DNA of 64,000 nucleotides from Octopus vulgaris (taxonomy: Eukaryota): assembly GCA_951406725.2 (NCBI GenBank), contig OX597827.1, positions 41,354,001 through 41,418,000 on the forward strand, given 5' to 3'. The notes under the pieces were generated by a model. That model searched no databases, was not told the origin of the DNA, and was given only the letters and a program-made list of their open reading frames with translations. Positions 26,149 through 39,469 of the stretch are shown piece after piece. The translations under genes were made by a program, and so were the position numbers. Position 1 is the stretch's first letter. Each line of letters starts with the position of its first letter.

Positions 26149-27137
26149 CAGGAGTGGCTGTGTAGTAAGAAGTTTGCTTCCCAACCACATGGTTCCGGGT
26201 TCAGTCCCAATGTGTAGCACCTTGGGCAAGTGTTTTCTACTATAGCCTCGGGCCGACAAAGCCTTGTGAGTGGATTTGGTAGACAGAAACTGAAAGAAGC
26301 CCAACATGTGTATGTGTATATATATATATATATATATTACACATTGTAAAGTGGTTGGTATTCTTAAGTTGAGAGTATTGCTGTCTGGGAGATATCTTAT
26401 GGTAGTGGAATAGTATTTAACTGCTATTTCTAAATTTTGGTTTGTGGTGAGGCAATTTTTTGCTGAACCCTTATTATAATTATGCTTATAATTATAAAAT
26501 TTTTGAATAAGGTTCCCGATAATATTTCTTTTAACATACCGAACTACTTGGTAAAATTATTAATTGATTAATTAATTTTACCCTTTATCATATATATATA
26601 TATAATTATTAATATTAGGGGATTTATTTCCGAGTCCACAGGGGGAAGAAATTCAATTTAGTGGTACTAAAACGAATTTCCCACTGTATTTTATATATAT
26701 ATATATATATATAAGTTTAAGAGACAGAACCACCTTCAAGTAACTCAATCAACAATGAACAACATTATCTATGATAGAGATATATTAGATTAAATTGCAG
26801 GTATTAAGTTGATTATATTTTATCTTATATGTCTCTATCATAGATAAAGTTGTTCAACGTTGACTAAGTTGCTTGAAGGTGGTTCTGTCTTTTAAACCTA
26901 TCTATCTATCTATCTATATATATAATATATATATATATATATGTGTCTGTCCTCCCACCATCACTTGATAACCGATCTTGGTGTGTTTACATCCCCATAA
27001 CTTAGTGGATCAGCAAAAGAGACCGATAGAATAAGTACTAGGCTTACAAAGAATAAGTCCTGGGGTCGATTAGTTGTTGAACTAAAGGCGGTGCCCCAGC
27101 ATGGCTGCAGTCAGATGACTGAAACAAGTAAAAGAGT
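26149..27137 (+). mobile_element. SINE family A split at its internal microsatellite by ~630 bp of other sequence
   Basis: 5' half 26149-26310, 3' half ~26945-27137; the intervening DNA includes the inverted repeat at 26711-26901. Confidence 0.65.
26711..26901. repeat. Imperfect inverted repeat (~80-bp arms) between (TA)n tracts
   Basis: GACAGAACCACCTTCAAG...TCTATGATAGAGA / TCTCTATCATAGA...CTTGAAGGTGGTTCTGTC. Confidence 0.8.
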
Positions 27138-27489
27138 AAGTGAAATGTTTTCATTGGTGAATCAATTTTTGAAAAGGACAATTTGGACTTTCAGGAAAGT
27201 AACACCAAAGAATTATTTGTTATAAGAATTCAGTTTAAAACTTTAATTTACATAGAAATAGGAAAAAATTTGTCCCAAACTTCAAGATAAGGTTTTTTTT
27301 TTGTACATAGATTTCCCAGTTTTCTTGTTATTTTTACACTTTGTTTATCTGGAATGTTTTTACAAATGTATCTGAATAGATTTGCTCATTTTTTTAACAA
27401 CAGACATTTTGAAAGAGAATAAATTTCCACTAATTCCATATCTAAAATGTTTTACTCTCTCTGTTCTGATTAATGATAGTTGTGGACAA

Positions 27490-28112
27490 GGCGGCAAGCT
27501 GGCAGAGACGTTAGAATGCCAGCAAAATGTTTAGCGATATTTCGTTTGTCTTTACATTTTGAGTTCAAATTCCGTCGAGGTCGACTTTGCCTTTCATCCT
27601 TTTGGGATCGATAAATTAAGTACCAATTGTGTACTGGGATCGATCTAAAATTTCAGTCCTTCTGCTTAGAGTAGAAAAGAATATTTGTAAACTTACTTCA
27701 AACTGAATGATTCCCCATATATTTCATATTCAACCCTTTTGTTACCATAGTTCCAGGGCTGGATTTAGGACAAATGAGGTCCAGTGTTAGTTAAATTACG
27801 AGGCTCCTTACTTGGATAGTCAGGTATGCATGCTCAGGAACTTTAGTAGTAGTTAAAATATTACATGTTACCAGATAAATCATTATCCTTTAAAACAAGG
27901 TGGCAAGTTGGCAGAAATGTTAGCATACTGGGTGATAAGGGTAGTGGTATTTCATTTGTCTTTGTGTCCTGAGTTTAAATTTCACTGAGGTCGACTTTAC
28001 CTTTCATCTTTTAAGGGTCAATAAATTAAGTACAGTTACACACTGGCATCGATCTAATCGACTGACCCCCTCCCCCAAAATTTCAGGCTTTGTGCATAGA
28101 GTAGAAAAGATT
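27490..28112 (+). mobile_element. Two SINE family B copies (27490-27680, 27898-28112)
   Basis: GGCGGCAAGCTGGCAG head, GAGTTCAAATTCC B box, GGTCGACTTTGCCTTTCATCC core. Confidence 0.75.
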
Positions 28113-29006
28113 ATTCTTTAAAACATGTGTTAGTTAAATTTTTGAAATTATCAGGGCTCAAATAATGTGTTTTGAGAGTTTTATGGATAAATTCAGATTT
28201 AGACAGTCTAGGCTATATGTCAGACATGTACACTGCAACTAACTCGAATCTACTATATATTAACCAAAGCCCTAACCCTGTCTCACATAGGTCACATGAC
28301 AAAACAGTCAAACTTGATAAAAAGAGAACAGACAGGAGAGTCATTACAGTCAACATTATGTAATGTTTTAACCTTTGAAGATTGACAACATTTTTATTCT
28401 TAAACTTTATTTGGAAAATAACAATCTTAAATCATACAATGATGACTGATAAGAAAGTTTAATGTTTATACAAAAAAGCAAATTGCTGTTTTTGTATTCC
28501 TCTGTTTAACCCTTTAGCATTTAAACTGGCCATATCCGGCCCAAATTTTCTACTTCTTTTATGTTCAAACCATCTAGATCTGGCCTCTCACTCATAGCCT
28601 ACAATGAGATCCTCAAATTCTCAGAGCTACAAGATAATGCAAGATTAATTCAAAACAGTGTGAATGAAAAAGCATTATATTTGACAGAGTAATCTGAATG
28701 CTAAAGGGTTAAACGTTTACAGTTGGCTATTTAATGTCAGAACATCTTCCTTCGAGCTTTCCTGACTGCAAGCTCATCAATGATTTTATCAAAATCAATA
28801 AATCGCAGTTTATCATTCTCTATACAGAGAATAGTCAAACCAGACAGCCACTCTTGTAACAATGTTGAACAAAGGTCACTTTTGATTTTTTTCAGTCTAG
28901 AAAATGATCTCTCTCCAGAACAGTTAATGACCATCAAACACAGGAACAATCTGAAAATTGTTTCCACATTTGAGAAAACAGCCTGAATTTTCTCCTGTTT
29001 TTTCAT
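27753..29006 (-). mobile_element. hAT DNA transposon remnant (dimerisation-domain fragment 28737-29006; TIR-like CAGGGCTGGATTTA near 27754)
   Basis: FSNVETIFRLFLCLMVINCSGERSFSRLKKIKSDL...LSGLTILCIE matches the hATC C-terminal motif (ERSFS.L..IK). Confidence 0.75.
28506..28712. mobile_element. piggyBac-type MITE (same family as 8093, opposite orientation)
   Basis: TTAACCCTTTAGCATT ... AATGCTAAAGGGTTAA. Confidence 0.75.
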
Positions 29007-29970
29007 CTTGGTGACTGAAACGTTCTTTTTTCTGCATGATTAACTCAAAACGATGTAAATAAACAGCATTACATTTGACTGTAATCTGAATGTTAAAAGG
29101 GTTAATATGTAAAATTGGTACATCCAATTGTGTTACACTGCAAAATTTAGTGGCTGTTTAAGCAATGTATTTGTGGATGGTTAAAGGGTTGGATGTAGTG
29201 TTGAAGGAGTTATAACTCTTGAAATACACATATATACCCATCACCAACTCTTCTATCTTCAATCACATTGTTTCTTGCATAGACGTAGTCATATATGAAA
29301 CACAGTAAATCTCAGTGCTGGCTCTAATTTCTATTGAAAATCTATAGAAATAACTTTAAGAAAAGAAACAGAATTGCACTGCTAACACAGGTAGGACACA
29401 GTTGTGACTTATAAAAATCTTCAATATACTTGGTAGTATATCATGGCCGAGTAGTGAAATAGTGTTCCTATCAGCAATATAATCAAGAATAATCTGACTG
29501 CTAATGGGTTAAAAGAGGAAGTTTGTATCATAGATACGGGATCAGTCACACGGAGGTTGGTATGAAAAGGGTGAGATGGTTTTTCATGGCACCAAATCAT
29601 TAGTCAATCACAAGTTTATGAGTTAGAAAGAAAATGTTTCCCCAAATATTTTAGTGAGCACATCTGTAGTGGATGGAGGTGCATGGCTTAGTGGTTGGGA
29701 TGTTGGACTCATGACTGTAAGATTGTGGTTCCGATTCTTGGACAGGGCAATACATTGTGTTCTTGAGCAAAACACTTCATTTCAAGTTGTGTCAATCCAC
29801 TCAGCTGGTAAAAGTGAGTAATCCTGTTATGGATTACACAAGAGAAACCAACCCTATACTCTTTATGGAGTAATGTGGACTAACCATTTATAGATTAGAT
29901 GAGAATTCCGAGAGAATAATTTCTGACATAATGGCAATCAATAAACTGAAATTTTCAAGAGAAGGATCCT

Positions 29971-31572
29971 TCATATTTCACAGTTAAATGGCTTCTCACT
30001 TGCGTGTTTTCGTTGGTGTTTTTTCATGAGACTGCTTGAAATAAATGATTTCTTACACATCTCGCAACAAAATGGTTTTTCTCCTGTGTGTGTACGCATG
30101 TGAATAACAAGATCCGAACTACTAATGAAAGATTTTTTACATATCTCGCAGTGGAAAGGTTTTTCCCCAGTATGTCTTCGCAGGTGGATAATAAGATTCG
30201 AGTTATTAACGAAAGCTTTTCCACATATTTGGCAGGGATAAGGTTTTTCCCCGGTGTGACTGCGCATATGAACCACAAGACTCGAATTCGTCACAAAACA
30301 TTTGCCGCACACTTCACACTCGGACAATTTTTCCCCCGTGTGAATTCTTCTGTGAGTCGATAAATTATTGTTAGTGACGAAAGACTTTCCACAAATGTCA
30401 CATTGATATGGTTTCTCTCCCGTGTGTTTACGTTTGTGAATGACAAAATTCCATTTCGTAATAAAAGATTGCCCGCATACTTCACAACGAAGCAGCTTTT
30501 CGCCCGTGTGAATTCTCCTATGAGTTATCAAATTATTACTGGTAACAAAACATTTATCACATACTTCACAACGATATGGTTTCTCCCCTGTGTGTTGTCT
30601 ACGTACATGGATGGCAAGTTTAGAATTATCAACGAATGATTTCCCGCATATCTCGCAGTGAAACGGGTTTTCCCCACTGTGGACCCGTTTGTGCCTTGTT
30701 AACTTACTATTATCGATAAAACACTTTTCACAGATTTCGCACCGATACGGTTTCACTCCAGAATGTATCCTCTTATGCGCTTTTAAGTAACAGCCGGCAA
30801 CAAAAGACTTCCCACACGTATCGCAGTGATAGGACTGTTCTCCTGTATGTCTACGTTTGTGGATTGCAAGCTTAGACTTTTCAATGAAAGATTTGTCACA
30901 TATTTCACAGTGAAACGAATTTTCCCCAGTGTGTACTTTTTTGTGTTTGGTTAAATTATTGCTGGAGATAAAAGTTTTCCCACAGATTTCACAGTGATAG
31001 TTCTTTTCCCCACTATGTATCCTTTTGTGTGTTGTTAAATTATTGCTCGAGACAAAAGACTTTTCACACAATTCACAGTGATACGGTTTTTCCCCAGTGT
31101 GTTTTCGCCTGTGTCTCGTCAAGAAACTCTTATAGAGAAAAGATTCCCCGCATGTTTCACAGTGATATGACCTTTCTCCAATGTGGACTTTCTTATGCGT
31201 TGTTAAATTACTCATACTCACAAAAGACTTTCCACAAATTTCACAGTGATAAGGATATTCTCCAGTGTGATGACGTACATGGACAATGAGACTCCAATTT
31301 TTAATAAAAGATTTTCCACAAATTTGACACAGGTGAGATTTTTTCCCTTTATCGTGTTTGTGTATTCCTTTGTGCATGGAGACTTCATGTTCCGAAGAGA
31401 AGGTTTTTCTGCAAATCTCGCAACAGTATTCAGCAATCATCTTCTCTACTGATTTTCGTTCAGGCGACGTTTCATTAAATAGAGTTTCCTCAGCAGAATG
31501 TGTTTGAGTAACAGAATCAATATTGTTAAAACCAGTTGCGTTAGAAGCTTCCAAGAGATAGATGCCCTCCAT
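29971..31572 (-). CDS. Tandem C2H2 (Kruppel-type) zinc-finger protein, 533 aa, 17 complete fingers, uninterrupted ORF
   Basis: 17 CxxC-x12-HxxxH units with HTGEKPY-type linkers; short acidic N-terminus; no recognisable KRAB/SCAN/ZAD domain. Confidence 0.93.
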   Translation of the reverse strand: MEGIYLLEASNATGFNNIDSVTQTHSAEETLFNETSPERKSVEKMIAEYCCEICRKTFSSEHEVSMHKGIHKHDKGKKSHLCQICGKSFIKNWSLIVHVRHHTGEYPYHCEICGKSFVSMSNLTTHKKVHIGERSYHCETCGESFLYKSFLTRHRRKHTGEKPYHCELCEKSFVSSNNLTTHKRIHSGEKNYHCEICGKTFISSNNLTKHKKVHTGENSFHCEICDKSFIEKSKLAIHKRRHTGEQSYHCDTCGKSFVAGCYLKAHKRIHSGVKPYRCEICEKCFIDNSKLTRHKRVHSGENPFHCEICGKSFVDNSKLAIHVRRQHTGEKPYRCEVCDKCFVTSNNLITHRRIHTGEKLLRCEVCGQSFITKWNFVIHKRKHTGEKPYQCDICGKSFVTNNNLSTHRRIHTGEKLSECEVCGKCFVTNSSLVVHMRSHTGEKPYPCQICGKAFVNNSNLIIHLRRHTGEKPFHCEICKKSFISSSDLVIHMRTHTGEKPFCCEMCKKSFISSSLMKKHQRKHASEKPFNCEI

Positions 31573-33139
31573 ATTAATTCCCGAGGAATTCTTAGAAGCT
31601 AAGAAATGTTTGTGCTGATATTACGGTTCAGTTTCTTGTCTTCGACAACATGCGACTCTGTTTATACACTTAGAAAAAAATACCACGTAGATATATTTTT
31701 CCTACTCACCACTACAATGTTGCTAACTCGGCCCAAGACCAAGTGGCACAAATATTGGTAAAGACTAAAAATTCTTCTACTCCTATTTTAAAAATACGAC
31801 AATGGCCAAGGAATGCCACGCAAGCCAAACGGTACAGGATGCCAATGAATTACCGGCATCGGAGGTTCTGGTGAAATCGGCATTGTTCAACAACAGGTTT
31901 CTTATGGGGGTTCCCACTCAGTACAGTGTGTAAAACAAGATATATTGCGTTAATTAAACCAGTATAAGGAAGAAAATGTGTGTATGTATCCAAATAATAC
32001 GTTACTGAAGGCAAGCTGAAAAATCAATAAGGATCTGGTTGGTGGTTAAAACCCATCTCTCCCATCCTGTAAAAATGGGACGAAGATCAATACACGATGT
32101 GATGTAGTTTGTTATGAAATATATAAAGATACAGGTGTTAAAACACCGACCTTGAAAGATGTAGGTCACCGTATGTTATCCATAAACATTAATGTTTACC
32201 TTATCATGAGATAATCACTAGATGCGATATAATGGAAATTAGTTGAAAGCGTAAGTTAGTTAAAAAGTTGTAAAATAGTAACCAACAGGCGGTGTCAATG
32301 ACGATTTTTTCCTGTATAAATGATGATACCGGTGAAAGAGGTTAAAAGTCCCTAACTTAATTTAATACATTCGGGAATACTTTCACAGTTTATTCTCTCA
32401 TTTGTATTCGGCCAGCTCATGGTGAATTAAAAACCAAATCGCCAGGCAAAATAACAGTTGCGTATCCAGGAGGAAACATTTATATGATTGCTCTCCATGT
32501 GACTGATAGAATTAACTGATTAACTGTCATATTTCTTCTTCCTTGCTATCATCGTACCATCTTACAAAAAAAATGTGAACAACATATTGGGCAATGAGAG
32601 ACAATTTCTTATTTTAATGTGCAATCCAAGTGGAACTTAAAATTTTAAATTTGAAGACAAGAATTAAAAAAACAACAAACAAAAACAAACATGATACGGA
32701 ATAAATGAAAGGTTGCTAAGAACCCAGAAGTTGCGTCCCTTACATTCTCGCTCGTCACTTGTACATTTAGCTTCTGTAAAGCGCGTTATAAGTAAAAATG
32801 ATATTTCATTTGTTCTTCTTTGAAAGTAAAAGAACATCTGAATCTTGTTAAACATCTTCAAACCACTTAAAAAACAACAACAAAAAACGTTCTGATGTAG
32901 TTATCACATGATGATGACGAAAATTGTATTCATTGTTTTCTTAGAAACCAATAAAGAAGTTATATAAAGACGTATATAGAAGTATATGAAGACTCGTGGG
33001 ATGGAGAGTCATTGAAGAGGTCACAGGATGTGTGGCGAAAAATTTCAGACAATGGACACCAAAATAAAGAGTTTAAAGTAATTTTAGCCAATCACATGCC
33101 CTTACTGATTGCTATCGATTGCCGGGAAGATTGTTCCTT

Positions 33140-33411
33140 CTCGAGCCAAGCCTGGCTCATAAGGGCCGGTTTCCTTGCCGTATAGGTTCCCCATCTGGAC
33201 GGGACGCCGGTCCGTCGCAGGTGAGCTGCAAGATGCAGGAGGAAAGAGTGAGAAAAAGTTGTGGCGAAAGAGTCAGCAGAAGTTCGCCATTACCTTCTGT
33301 GGAACTTAGGTGTTCCGCTTATAAACACACACACCACCCGGTCTGAAATTCGAACCTGCAATCCCTCGACTGCGAGTCCGCTGCTCTAACCACTAGGCCA
33401 TGTGCCTCCAC
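33140..33411 (-). mobile_element. SINE family C variant
   Basis: tRNA head GTGGAGGCACATGGCCTAGTGGTTAG...GGTTCGAAT; similar to 51032-51285. Confidence 0.8.
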
Positions 33412-33866
33412 GCTGGGACGATGAAATCTTTATATGGTTTCTTGACCTGCTAGAAACAACAGCCAAATCTTCTCCAAATTATACCACAACATTAAAAAAA
33501 CAACAACAACCAAACAAATAAAGCACAAAAAGGACGAAACATTGTGTTACAAACCGTTTATTTCCTTACTAGAGGCAAGCCCACTCGTTGAGTGTTATTA
33601 ATAACGTTTAAATTAAAGTCAATCTCCATGGATGTTAATTTTTATCAAGCTCACGGCCTTCGAAACACTTATTAGGCATAGCAGATCCATATTAAGTGTA
33701 CTTTCGTTTTTCGTTTTTTTTTTCTTATGATAAAATTGTAAACAAGGTTTGTTGCTGGAGACAGAACTGGTTACCGTTCTTTTCTTTTAACCAATTCTTA
33801 TCTCCTTTTAACCAATTCGTGTCTCCTTTTAAACCAACTTCTATTGTATCTTCCATACGAACATCG

Positions 33867-34450
33867 GCGTTGGCATGGCTGTGTGGTAAAAAGTTTGTTT
33901 CCCAGCCACATGGTACCAAGTTCAGTCCCACTGTGCGGCACCTCGAGCAAATGTTTTGGGTCGACCAAAGCCTTGTGAGTAGATTTGGTAGATAAACACA
34001 AATAGAAGAACATACACTTTGTGTGTGTGTGTTTATCCCCAACAACAGCTTGACAACTGGTACTGGTGAGTCTCCGTACCTTAGCGGTTCGGCCTAAGAA
34101 GCCGATAGAATATGTACCAGGCTTATTCGTACCTGTTGAGTACTTATTCTATCGGTCTCTTTTGCCGAACCGCTAAGTTACGGGGACGTAAACACACCAG
34201 CATCGGTTGTCAAGCGATGTTGGGGGGGGGGACAAACACAGACACACAAATATACTCTCACACACACATATATATATATATATACGACGGGCTTCTTTCA
34301 GTTTCCGTCTAACAAATTCACTCACAAAGCTTTAGTCGGCTCGAGGCTATAGTAGAAGACACTTGCCTAAGGTGCCACACAGTGGGACTGAACCCGGACC
34401 CATGTTGTTCATAAGCAATCTACTTACCACACAGCCACTCCTACGCCTAT
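33867..34450. mobile_element. Tail-to-tail inverted pair of SINE family A copies
   Basis: + copy 33867-~34130; - copy ~34137-34450. Confidence 0.8.
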
Positions 34451-35664
34451 ATGTTTAATAGAGCTATATGTCTATGAGTATATATCTACTAATAAACATA
34501 TAGATACGTAAAAGTATAGCATAAACAAGAAATAGCCAAATCAGTCAAAAACAGCAAAATGCCTCGTTAAATGTTTTTAGTTTTGAATTAGAAGCGAAAC
34601 CAAGTTGTTGTTATCTCTCCTGGTAGTAACAAAAAATTTGCCCTCCTGCATATGCAACAGGGGTTAGAAACTACTGAAATATACATAATCAAATAACCAC
34701 ACGTCTCTGGAGTTAGATAGTCCTTAGGCTTTAAGTTAACATTGGAGACAAGACTTGGATTGAGACCCAGAAGAGGAAAGGAACGCAAAATGTTCCAGGA
34801 GCATCGGACAGTGATTGATTGAAGACGAATTAAAAAGGAGCAAAGTTTGACTTGGTCGAAAGGAAAGCACAGGACAGAGCGCATTGCAAGACTGTTGTGG
34901 AAAGCTGATGTTAACCCAGGAATACAAACAGGCTATAATGAGGGTAAAGAATTGTAATGGTTTTCTTCCTTTGTAATTTTGAATTAAAAATGAAATTTCG
35001 GGCTTATTAGTAATAATCCTTTCTACTATAGGTACAAACCTGCAATTTTGAAAGGAGAGGTAAGTCGATTACATTGACCCCAGTTGCGCAACTAGTACTT
35101 ATTTCATCGACCCTGAGAGGATGAAAGGCAAAGTCGACCTCGATGGAATATGAACTCTGAAGCCGGGAGAAACGCCGCGAAGCATTTTGTCCGGAGTGCC
35201 AATGATTCTGCAGTAATATAAACTGAACGACTTCGTTCCAAATGATATTAATAAATGATGTGAGATGGGACTATACGGTAAGTTAAGCGGCAAGCTGGCC
35301 GAATGGTTAGCAGGCCGGGTAAAGTGATCAATGGTAGTTCTTCCGCTTTTACGTTGCTGAGTTCAAATTCCACATAGGTCGACTGTGCCTTTTTATCTTT
35401 TCGGTGTTCATGAAATAAATACTACTTGAACATCGCAATCGATTTGCTCTCTACGCCCAAATTTCAGGTTTTGTCCCTGAAGTAGAAAGGTTTGTTAATA
35501 TATTAGTAGGACTTGAACGAGATTAAAATGTTAAAAATTCTATCGTGTTTCACTGCTTTTAAAATACAAATATAAGAATATTTAGGGCTTCTATATTTGA
35601 TGTTGTTGACTCCCTAACGTAAACCATTAACAAGAGAACTTATAATTAGAACATAACCATAGAG

Positions 35665-36103
35665 CAGTATTCCGCAACCGCTTTTCATTTACGGTACACA
35701 TATTCACATATTCTTTTCAGAATTCGGCGGCACACCTGGGCTAAAAATATAACTAAAAGTACAGGTTAAAAATTATATTCAGATCACACTGCGGCACACC
35801 GAGCATCATCTCATGGTACACCAATATGTCGCGGTATACCTATTTCTTTACTACCCACAAGGGGCTAGACACAGAGAGGACAAACATGGACAGACAAACG
35901 GATTAAGTCGAATACATCAACCCCAGTGCGTAACTGGTACTTAATTTATCGATCCCGAAAGGATGAAAGGCAAAGTCGACCTCGGCGGAATTTGAACTCA
36001 GAACGTAGCGGCAGTCGAAATATTGGTAAGCATTTCGCCCGGAGTGCTAACGTTTCTGCCAGCTCGCCGCCTTATGTCGCGGTATACCGGTTGCAGAGCA
36101 TTG
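35665..36103. mobile_element. hAT-type MITE carrying a nested SINE B (35841-36072, -)
   Basis: TIRs CAGTATTCCGCAACCG / CGGTTGCAGAGCATTG; 8-bp TSD CCATAGAG/TCATAGAG; SINE flanked by the 16-bp TSD TATGTCGCGGTATACC (35825, 36073). Confidence 0.75.
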
Positions 36104-36301
36104 TCATAGAGGAAAGTAAAACAGGGAATTAATTCAACAGAGCATTTCTAAGATCAGGGGAGGCAACACCGTCTTAGATTAAATTCAAAATTCAAAACAC
36201 AACACTTTCCATTAATGTTTATATTTCAGAATATCGCACTTTCTATTTACAAATAAGTGAGTAATTTGATTTTTCTGATACGTTTGAAATGTCATTTCAT
36301 G

Positions 36302-36680
36302 TTATTACCTTCGCCTTAGCGAAAGCGGAGGTATTGTTTTTCAGTCACGTTTGTTTGTTTGTCCGTGGACAAGATATCTCAAGAACCGCTGGATGGATTC
36401 GGATGAAACTTTCAGGGATGTTTGTCTTCATGACTGGCAGGAACCGATTAGATTTTGAGATCGATCCGGCATCGGACAAAGATTCTAGATTATTTTTCCT
36501 GTTTTTTTTTTTTATATTTAATTTTTGAGAGCTGTCACGTTCATTTTTAGTATTCTCGCTCGTGAAAGCAGTCGAGTTTATTTCAAATAACCCCATTTTA
36601 AAAATCATCTCCTGCTAATCGTTGAAAGGACGTTGGTGTTGCCTTGGCGGAGGTTGCGCTCTCTGAATGCTCTTGTTTAC
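36302..36680 (+). mobile_element. Non-autonomous element with Helentron-associated (HINE/DINE-1-like) or Crypton-type architecture
   Basis: 5' hairpin TACCTTCGC...GCGGAGGTA, GTTT/GTCC microsatellite, 3' subterminal repeat CCTTGGCGGAGGT plus a small hairpin. Confidence 0.5.
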
Positions 36681-36919
36681 TAATATAATTAGTAAGATGG
36701 CGAGCGGACAAAAATGCATAGCGGCACTTCTGGTTTTTCGTTCTGTGTTCTAATCCCGCCGAGATCAGTCTTCCCTTTCATTCTTTCGGGGACAATAAAA
36801 TAAGCACCAGCTGAGCACTGGGACCGATATAATCGACTCATTCCACTATCCTCAAAATGTCAGGCCTTGTTTCTATAGGAGAAAGTTTTACATATCTACG
36901 TATCTTTTTTTTCTATCAG

Positions 36920-37584
36920 TTGTTTCAGTAATTTGAAGTGCGGCCATGCTGGAGCACCGCCTTAAAGGGGTTTTAGTCGAAGAGACCGCCTTTAGTCGAG
37001 CAAATTGACCCCAGGACTTATTCTTTGTAAGCCAATTACTTATTCTATCGATCTCTTTCGCCGAACCGCTAAGTTACAGGTACATAAACACACCAGCATC
37101 GGTTGTCAAGGGATGGCGGCGAAAGACACCCACACACACAACATACATATATACATACATACATACATACATACTTACACACACACATACACACACACAT
37201 ATATAGGGCTTCTTTCCGTTTTCGTCTACCAAATCCACTTACAAGACTTTGGTTGGCCCAAGGCTATAGTAGAAGACACTTGCCCAAGGTGCTACGCAGT
37301 GGGATTGAATCCGGAACCATGTGGCTGGAAAGCAAGCTACTTACCACACAGCCACGCCTGCACCTACACATCTTTTTTTTATACTTGTTTCAGTAATTGG
37401 AATGCGGTCATTGTAGAGCTCTGTCTTGAAGAATCTTGATGGAATGAATCGATCCAAGTATTTATTTTTCAAAGCCTACTACTTATTGTATTGGTTCCTT
37501 TTGCTGAACCACTAGGTTACGGAGACACAAACACATCAACATTGGTTGTCAGGTAGTAGTGACACGCGCGCGCACACACACACA

Positions 37585-37625
<41 letters not shown>

Positions 37626-37785
37626 ACACGACGAGGTTCTTTTAGTTTCCGTCTACCAAAGCCACTCACAAAGATTTGGTAGGCCCGAAACAAAATTAGA
37701 AGACACTTGCCGAAGGTGCCACGCAATGGAACTGAACCCAAGACAACATGGTTGGGAAGGAAGCTTCTTATCACACAGCCATTTA
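36920..37785 (-). mobile_element. Two SINE family A copies
   Basis: Homology to 15877-16252, with internal (CA)n/(CATA)n. Confidence 0.75.
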
Positions 37786-38179
37786 AGAATGCTTTACAGC
37801 TTGACTTTACATCAAAGTCATATATTCATATATTCTTTTCTACTTTAAGTACAAGACCCGAAATTTTTGGGAAGGGGCCAGTAGATTAGATCGGCCCCAG
37901 TACGCAACTGGTACTTAATTTATCGACCCGAAGGCATGAAAGGCAAAGTTGACCTCAGCGGCATTTGAACTCAGTACTTAATGACAGACGAAATACTACT
38001 AAACATTTTGCCCGGCGTACTAACGTTCCTGCCAGCTCGCCGCTTTAATCAAAGTCATGTATTATATAATTATTTGGCTTGTGTGTGTGTGTGTATGTGT
38101 GTGCGTGTGTGCGCGCGCGTTTGTTTGTTGAGCGAAGCAGTCTTCGTCCCGATGTAGTGGGAGAAGTCCGAAACGTAGT

Positions 38180-38472
38180 CCTTTGCTATTCGTAAGACCC
38201 GCAGAAGAGAAAGCAGGTCAACCCACGACACCGAGAGCATCCAGGCTCAGCGGTTGCGTAGGAAGTCGGGGACAAGAAACAGGAAGAAAGAATGAGAGAA
38301 AGTTGGAGCGAAAGAGTACAACAAGGGTCGCCACCAGTCCCTGCCAGAGCCTCGTGGAGTTTTAGGTGTTTTCGCTCAATAAATACACACACAACGCCCG
38401 GTCTGGGAATCGAAACCGCAATCCTCCGACCGCGAGTCCGCTGCCCTAACCACTGGGCCATTACGCCTCCAC
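38180..38472 (-). mobile_element. SINE family C
   Basis: Head GTGGAGGCGTAATGGCCCAGTGGTTAGGGCAGCGGACTCGCGG...GGTTTCGATTCCC (tRNA-Arg-like). Confidence 0.8.
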
Positions 38473-38814
38473 TTCAGCAGTTTTTCTAGGTGGCCCTTGT
38501 GACATTAATACTAATTACTCCTTATAAACCAACTGAACAAATAAATTTGAGAAAGTATTTTTTCAAATATGTAACACAGAGACAATCGGGATTTTAAAAT
38601 GTGTAAAATCCTCATGCGCTTCGTTTGTTTTGAACATAAAAATATTTAACAATCACTAGATTTAAAAGGCTCCTTATTAGCATAACGTAATATAAATAAT
38701 AATTAGAGAACAAGACAAGGGAATTAACTCAGTACTACAGTTGTTAGTAATTATTGTCAAGGGAGGTAACTCCATATACTTTATTCATAAAGGGAAAATA
38801 TTTCATGCTCATTG

Positions 38815-39243
38815 CCTATATTCTTTATTGACCACGGGTTAAACATAAAGGGGACAAACAAGGACAGACAAAGTGATTAAGTCGATTACATCGACCCCAG
38901 TGCGTAACTGGTACTTATTTAATCGACCCTGAAGTGATGAAAGGCAAAGTCTCAGAATTTAATGGCAGACAAAATATCGCTAAGCATTTCACCCAGCGTG
39001 CTAACGTTTCTTATTTCTTTATTGCCCACAAAGGGGCTAAACATAGAGGGGACAAACAAGGACAGAAAATGGATTAAGTCGATTACATCGACCCCAGTGC
39101 GTAACTAGTACTTAATTTATCGACCCCCAAAAGGATGAAAGGCACAGTCGACCTCGGCGGAATTTGAACTCAGAACGTAGCCGCAGACGAAATACGGTTA
39201 CGCATTTCGCCCGGCGTGCTAACGTTTCTGCTAGCTTGCCACC
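38815..39243 (-). mobile_element. SINE family B head-to-tail dimer
   Basis: Two units joined near 39010. Confidence 0.8.
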
Positions 39244-39469
39244 TGCAACCGGGATCTACGTTTTTGTATCCGTTTCTCAAACAACAGGGTTTCATTGCAG
39301 GGCAATTTAGGTGTTACTTCTAGCAGGTAGAACGAGCACGTAGAGGGTTCTTTGCTGATACGGTGTGCATGTTTCTGTTGGTTGATGTCTGTGCTCACAA
39401 AGCAGACTCAGGGTATATGCTACCGCAGTGCATGAACAAGTTCTTCGCTGTTATCGTTTAGTCTTCACT

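Noticed and set aside
31599-31709. Possible 5' UTR intron of the zinc-finger gene (GTGAGT...TTAG on -)
   Set aside because: Plausible signals but unsupported without transcripts.
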